Assembly (NCBI GenBank): GCA_046581755.1
Contig: JAYGFR010000071.1
Location: forward strand, 1-29,813
Direction: 5' to 3'
Length of the DNA: 29,813 nucleotides
Origin: Nitrospinota bacterium
GTDB lineage: Bacteria > UBA8248
Numbering within the stretch: the stretch's first letter is position 1; each line of letters starts with the position of its first letter. Positions 27,097-29,813 of the stretch are shown in pieces. The notes below the pieces were generated by a model that was not told the origin of the DNA, did no database searches, and worked only from the letters and a program-made list of their open reading frames with translations. The position numbers and the translations under genes were made by a program.

Positions 27097-28257
27097 CTAT
27101 CGTTTGAGGGCCGCGACGACCTTTTCGGCTGAGTCGGCCATTCCATTTCCCACGGTGAAATCGAGGCCCGACCTTTCGAGAATCTCCCGGCCCTTCTCGA
27201 CATTCGTCCCCTCCATCCGAATGATAATGGGCACACCCACGTTGACCGTCTTCACCGCTTCCACTACACCCTCGGCAAGCACGTCGCAACGAAGAATGCC
27301 TCCAAATATATTGATAAAAACGGCCTTCACATCATCATCGTCCATAAGGATTCGGAACGCATTTTCGACCATTTCCCGATTCGCACCGCCTCCCACGTCC
27401 AGAAAATTGGCAGGCGAAGAACCAGCCAGTTTGATGATATCCATGGTCGCCATGGCCAGACCCGCGCCGTTCACCATGCACGCCACCTCGCCATCGAGCT
27501 TGATGTAGTTGAGATCGAACTTGGACGCTTCCACCTCAAGCGGATCCTCCTCGTCCGTATCACGCATCTCGACGACATCCTTGTGCCGGAAGAGGGCGTT
27601 GTCATCGAAATTCACCTTCGCATCGAGTGCGAAGATGCGCCCGTCCTTGGTCTGGACGAGAGGGTTGATTTCGACCAGCGAGCAATCCATCTCGTCATAA
27701 AATTTATAAAGATTGGTGATGAACTTCGTGCCCTCCTTGACCTGATCGCCCTCCAGACCAAGACCGAAGGCGACGCGCCGGGCAGTCGAGGGCCATACCC
27801 CAATGGCCGGATCGATCTGAATCTTGATGAGTTTTTCGGGCGTTTTAGCAGCCACCTCTTCGATGTCCATGCCGCCCTCCGTGCTGGCCATGATGGTCGG
27901 CCGGCCAGAAGCGCGGTCGAGAACAACGCTCAAGTAAAGTTCATTGGCAATATCACTGGCTTCCTCGATGAGGACCTTCTTCACCAATCGCCCCTTGGGT
28001 CCGGTCTGGTGCGTCACGAGCGTCATCCCTAGAATTTCCGAGGCTGCCTTGTTGGCCTCGACCGGGTCCTTGGCGAGCTTGATTCCGCCGCCCTTGCCCC
28101 GCCCGCCGGCGTGAATTTGCGCCTTGACGACAACCCCACCGCCAAGATCCCTGGCGATGGTCTCGGCCTCCTCGGGAGTGCTTGCCACCTCTCCCCGTGG
28201 AACCGCTACACCGTATTTTTTCAAAAGTTTCTTCCCTTGATATTCATGGATATTCAT
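27097..28257 (-). CDS. sucC: Succinyl-CoA synthetase beta subunit
   Basis: [58 protein letters not shown]. Confidence 0.97.
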   Translation of the reverse strand: MNIHEYQGKKLLKKYGVAVPRGEVASTPEEAETIARDLGGGVVVKAQIHAGGRGKGGGIKLAKDPVEANKAASEILGMTLVTHQTGPKGRLVKKVLIEEASDIANELYLSVVLDRASGRPTIMASTEGGMDIEEVAAKTPEKLIKIQIDPAIGVWPSTARRVAFGLGLEGDQVKEGTKFITNLYKFYDEMDCSLVEINPLVQTKDGRIFALDAKVNFDDNALFRHKDVVEMRDTDEEDPLEVEASKFDLNYIKLDGEVACMVNGAGLAMATMDIIKLAGSSPANFLDVGGGANREMVENAFRILMDDDDVKAVFINIFGGILRCDVLAEGVVEAVKTVNVGVPIIIRMEGTNVEKGREILERSGLDFTVGNGMADSAEKVVAALKR

Positions 28258-28348
28258 CCAAATTCTCCAAATTTATGGAAAACACCGTTAATCCGTCCAG
28301 ATTGCATTCTTATCTCCGCCAAATCCCCATTTCATTTGTACGCCCCGG

Positions 28349-28921
28349 TTACTCGGCGGCATATTTTTTAAATCCTTCCGCGAATATATCGCCTCCGCGG
28401 CTATCGACGGCCACCACGGCCGGAAAGCGCTCTACCCATAATTTGCGGATGGCTTCGGTTCCCAAATCCTCGTAGGCCACCATCTCAACCTTTTTGATCG
28501 AGCGGGAAAGCGATGCGGCGGTGCCGCCAATGGCGGCAAAATAAACGGCACGGTTCCGAACAATCGATTCGACCACGGGACGGCTACGCCCCGCCTTCCC
28601 GATCATCCCCTTCAGACCCGCCTCAAGCATTTGCGGGGTGTATGCGTCCATTCTTCCGCTGGTCGTCGGCCCCGCCGATCCTATTATGGCCCCCGGCTTG
28701 GGGGGAGTCGGACCCACATAGTAAATAACTTCGCCTCGGACATCGAAGGGAAGTGGCTCGCCCTTATCAAGCGCATCGACCATGCGCTTGTGGGCGGCAT
28801 CGCGCGCCGTATACATGACGCCCGTCAACTCGCATACAGAGCCCATCGAAAGAGAGGCCACCGTTTCATCCGTAAGCGGAAGTGCTATTTCAACGACCTC
28901 GAGTTCAGCCATGCCTCTCAT
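28349..28921 (-). CDS. Fe-S hydro-lyase (class I fumarate/tartrate hydratase) beta subunit
   Basis: TARDAAHKR, YYVGP, GPTTSGRM, MIGK, DLGTEAI, DSRG. ATGA overlap with the alpha subunit. Confidence 0.92.
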   Translation of the reverse strand: MRGMAELEVVEIALPLTDETVASLSMGSVCELTGVMYTARDAAHKRMVDALDKGEPLPFDVRGEVIYYVGPTPPKPGAIIGSAGPTTSGRMDAYTPQMLEAGLKGMIGKAGRSRPVVESIVRNRAVYFAAIGGTAASLSRSIKKVEMVAYEDLGTEAIRKLWVERFPAVVAVDSRGGDIFAEGFKKYAAE

Positions 28922-29760
28922 AGCTCCACTTCAGCGTGTCGGTGTGCGTGGCATTCCACATTAATGCAGATGGGAAGCGCCCCGATGTGGCAGGGGTAGG
29001 TCTCGATGTGCACCGCAATACAAGTCGTGTTCCCCCCCATCCCCATGGGACCCACGCCGGTGCGGTTCACCGCATCGAGAATATCTTTTTCGAGTTCGGC
29101 CACCAAGGGGTCTGGGCTGGGCCTTCCGAGCGGCCGGAACAAAGACCACTTTGCAATTAGAGCGGCCTTTTCGATGGAGCCGCCCAGGCCAATTCCCAAA
29201 AGTATCGGAGGACAAGGATTCCCGCCCGACTCGAAAACGTGGTCGATTACCGTTCGAACCACTCCCTCGCGGCCGTCCGAGGGCTTGAGCATCCGAGCTA
29301 TGCTCATGTTTTCGCTTCCTGTCCCCTTGGCGGCGAAATAGAGCGTCACCCGGTCTCCGGGAACCACACGGTAGTGAATCACTGCGGGCGTATTGTCCTT
29401 CGTATTCACCCGCCGGAGGGGGTCGTTTACCACAGAACCGCGAAGATAACCGTCGCGGTAGCCCTGCCGAATTCCTTCGTTAATGGCATCTTCCAGGGAG
29501 CCGCCGGTCAGCCGAACTTCCTGACCGACGTTGGCGAATACGATCGAAAGACCGGTATCCTGGCAGTAGGGGACCCGCTCGGCCGAGGCCAATGCGGCAT
29601 TTTCGGTAATCTGGTTCAGAATCCGGAGGCCCAGAGGCGAACTTTCGTGAGCTTTAGCCGCCTCTAGCCGTTCTACGTAGTCGGAATCGACATTGTAGTT
29701 CGATTCGATGGCCATCTCTCGAATTTTGGCAGTGATATCCGCAACATCGATTGTCCGCAT
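28918..29760 (-). CDS. Fe-S hydro-lyase (class I fumarate/tartrate hydratase) alpha subunit
   Basis: PYCQDTG, NTKDNTP, KGTGSEN, NPCPP, GPMGMGG, PCHIGALP, CHAHRH. Its position next to sucCD favours fumarase. Confidence 0.92.
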   Translation of the reverse strand: MRTIDVADITAKIREMAIESNYNVDSDYVERLEAAKAHESSPLGLRILNQITENAALASAERVPYCQDTGLSIVFANVGQEVRLTGGSLEDAINEGIRQGYRDGYLRGSVVNDPLRRVNTKDNTPAVIHYRVVPGDRVTLYFAAKGTGSENMSIARMLKPSDGREGVVRTVIDHVFESGGNPCPPILLGIGLGGSIEKAALIAKWSLFRPLGRPSPDPLVAELEKDILDAVNRTGVGPMGMGGNTTCIAVHIETYPCHIGALPICINVECHAHRHAEVEL

Positions 29761-29813
29761 CACCGACCACCTCAGGCGGAAAGAGGAGCCTCCACTTTCC
29801 TGTCCTGGCCGGC

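Overview
A GC-rich bacterial core-genome window. Almost every gene is on the minus strand. Read in the direction of transcription (right to left): split class I fumarate hydratase (alpha, beta), sucC, sucD, ndk, an SDR plus an internally deleted SDR remnant, uvrA, truA, trpE, trpG, trpD, trpC, an alpha/beta hydrolase, pheA (dehydratase only), hisC, tyrA, cmk, rpsA, sppA, ihfB/HU, a macrodomain protein, miaA, aroK and aroC. A plus-strand Crp/Fnr regulator converges on aroC and is divergent from nadX-like aspartate dehydrogenase, D-2-hydroxyacid dehydrogenase, ilvE and an FmdB-type zinc-ribbon gene. I saw no mobile element, CRISPR array, tRNA or rRNA. The most interesting signals are not in the ORF track. 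(1) A complete-looking ribosome-mediated Trp attenuator lies upstream of trpE: a 28-aa leader with 3 Trp codons, an antiterminator segment and a U7 terminator. (2) A possible W/Y/F mini-leader with alternative structures lies upstream of pheA-hisC-tyrA. (3) The rpsA 5' leader is structured and sits behind a near-consensus promoter. (4) A cryptic, frameshifted and internally deleted cyclase-family pseudogene lies at the left edge, and the SDR remnant shows a similar deletion. (5) The aromatic cluster lacks aroA, trpF/trpB/trpA and the chorismate mutase domain. All calls come from reading motifs by eye; no database searches or folding computations were run.
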